From the IMG/VR virus record IMGVR_UViG_3300031134_000001, positions 207,027-271,026 of that record: a DNA stretch of 64,000 nucleotides. One strand, written 5' to 3'. A program made the position numbers and the translations under genes. The notes beneath the pieces were generated by a model, which was not told where the DNA came from, searched no databases, and was given only the letters and a program-made list of their open reading frames with translations. Within the stretch, counting starts at the first letter, position 1; each line of letters begins with the position of its first letter. Below are positions 63,251-64,000 of the stretch, one piece after another. This stretch comes from a virus. Its lineage: Duplodnaviria > Caudoviricetes.

Positions 63251-63999
63251 TTACGGCTTTCGCGAAGTTCTCGGGTGTAAAAGCCAGAGCGAGCATTTTG
63301 CACATGGCTCATGCGGTTGATTTCGAATTGCTCAGCAGCTGTGATGGTCCGGATCAGCAATTCCCGCGGCACGTCCGAACGCTTGAACGGAATGGCCGTC
63401 ACCAGCGGTGTACCGGCTTTGACTGTCCCGTCGTAGTTTTTGGCGAACCACAGACCAGGGAAGTTGATCTGCTTTGGATACGTGTCGGTATCAACGACCG
63501 CGGCCATGCAGCGGAACCGATCTTCGGTGGTGTGGTTCATCGGCGGGACGAACAACGTCGAATAACCAGGCCGGGTCTTGATGACCCACGGGTTGTGGAA
63601 CTTGATGGCTGGCATGGGGTACGTTGGGTAGTCTTTCCCCAGCTGGTCGCTCGAATGCTGCGAGCCAGCGTTGTAGGTTGGGCCGGAACGCACTTCCATG
63701 TTGCGCTGACCATCGGTACGCACATGCAGGTCAGCTGCCGAAAGCATCATGTAACCCAGACCCATACCGTCCAGTAGTGGCACGCAGTCTTTGGACGTCA
63801 TGGCCACAGCGCCGAAGGCGTCGCGTGGCGATGTTTTGTTCACCGGCAGCTTGGCTGGCACACGCTTCCACCATTCGGCGATATGCTTGTACGCGGGCTG
63901 CGGTTCGATGAGCACGCCCTTGTGCTGCGGCTCACACATGAACTCGATAATCGGAATCAGTTGATCCCGATCTTCTTGGGTAACTTGGCGCATGCCCAA
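63247..63999 (-). CDS. DUF6065-like protein, paralogue B (start may lie beyond the window)
   Basis: KDCVPLLDGMGLGYMM, KFHNPWVIKTRPGYS, AVVDTD, VKAGTPLVTAIPFKR. Confidence 0.6.
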   Translation of the reverse strand: MGMRQVTQEDRDQLIPIIEFMCEPQHKGVLIEPQPAYKHIAEWWKRVPAKLPVNKTSPRDAFGAVAMTSKDCVPLLDGMGLGYMMLSAADLHVRTDGQRNMEVRSGPTYNAGSQHSSDQLGKDYPTYPMPAIKFHNPWVIKTRPGYSTLFVPPMNHTTEDRFRCMAAVVDTDTYPKQINFPGLWFAKNYDGTVKAGTPLVTAIPFKRSDVPRELLIRTITAAEQFEINRMSHVQNARSGFYTRELRESRK

Positions 64000-64000
64000 G

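Larger units (their letters stand above)
1..64000. other. phiKZ-like jumbo bacteriophage genome segment
   Basis: Syntenic DnaB(-)/gp119-like/major capsid/nvRNAP beta/portal block typical of phiKZ-like phages, S/A-x-E maturation motifs in head proteins, dense operons, no cellular housekeeping context. Confidence 0.93.

Noticed and set aside
1-64000. tRNA genes expected near a phage cca
   Set aside because: No cloverleaf with T-loop GTTCRA and matching acceptor stem was seen by eye; tRNAscan-SE would be needed to exclude them

Overview
This is a 64 kb segment of a phiKZ-like jumbo phage (probably Chimalliviridae); no tRNA, rRNA, CRISPR array or IS element was recognised. The assignment rests on the conserved core block at about 26.7-52 kb: an internal head protein, SF2 helicase, DnaB-like helicase (minus strand) divergent from a gp119-like gene and the 731-aa major capsid protein, a non-virion RNA polymerase beta subunit, a portal, two virion/baseplate proteins, a RuvC-like resolvase and a spanin pair. 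phiKZ gene numbers are quoted from memory and were not checked by search. The left arm (0.4-26 kb) and 52-59 kb are densely packed plus-strand accessory genes, including dcd, cca, a second nucleotidyltransferase and an RNAP alpha-CTD mimic. The right end is a minus-strand tail-fibre/lysis operon. The Dcd and Cca sequences look proteobacterial, and Dcd suggests a betaproteobacterial host (inference). The most striking feature is a 7.1 kb tandem array (16700-23817) in which nine otherwise divergent, domain-shuffled proteins all end in the same short C-terminal motif, roughly R-x-x-x-A-A-K-D-L-F-G, conserved as protein but not as DNA. Other notable items are a roughly 400-nt structured ncRNA candidate (26244-26650), a Cca with a shortened A-addition loop, a catalytically dead prohead-protease paralogue, a four-copy early-promoter motif TTTC-N5-TATATYMC, and a family of intergenic hairpins flanked by GCATA and TATGMCGYC.
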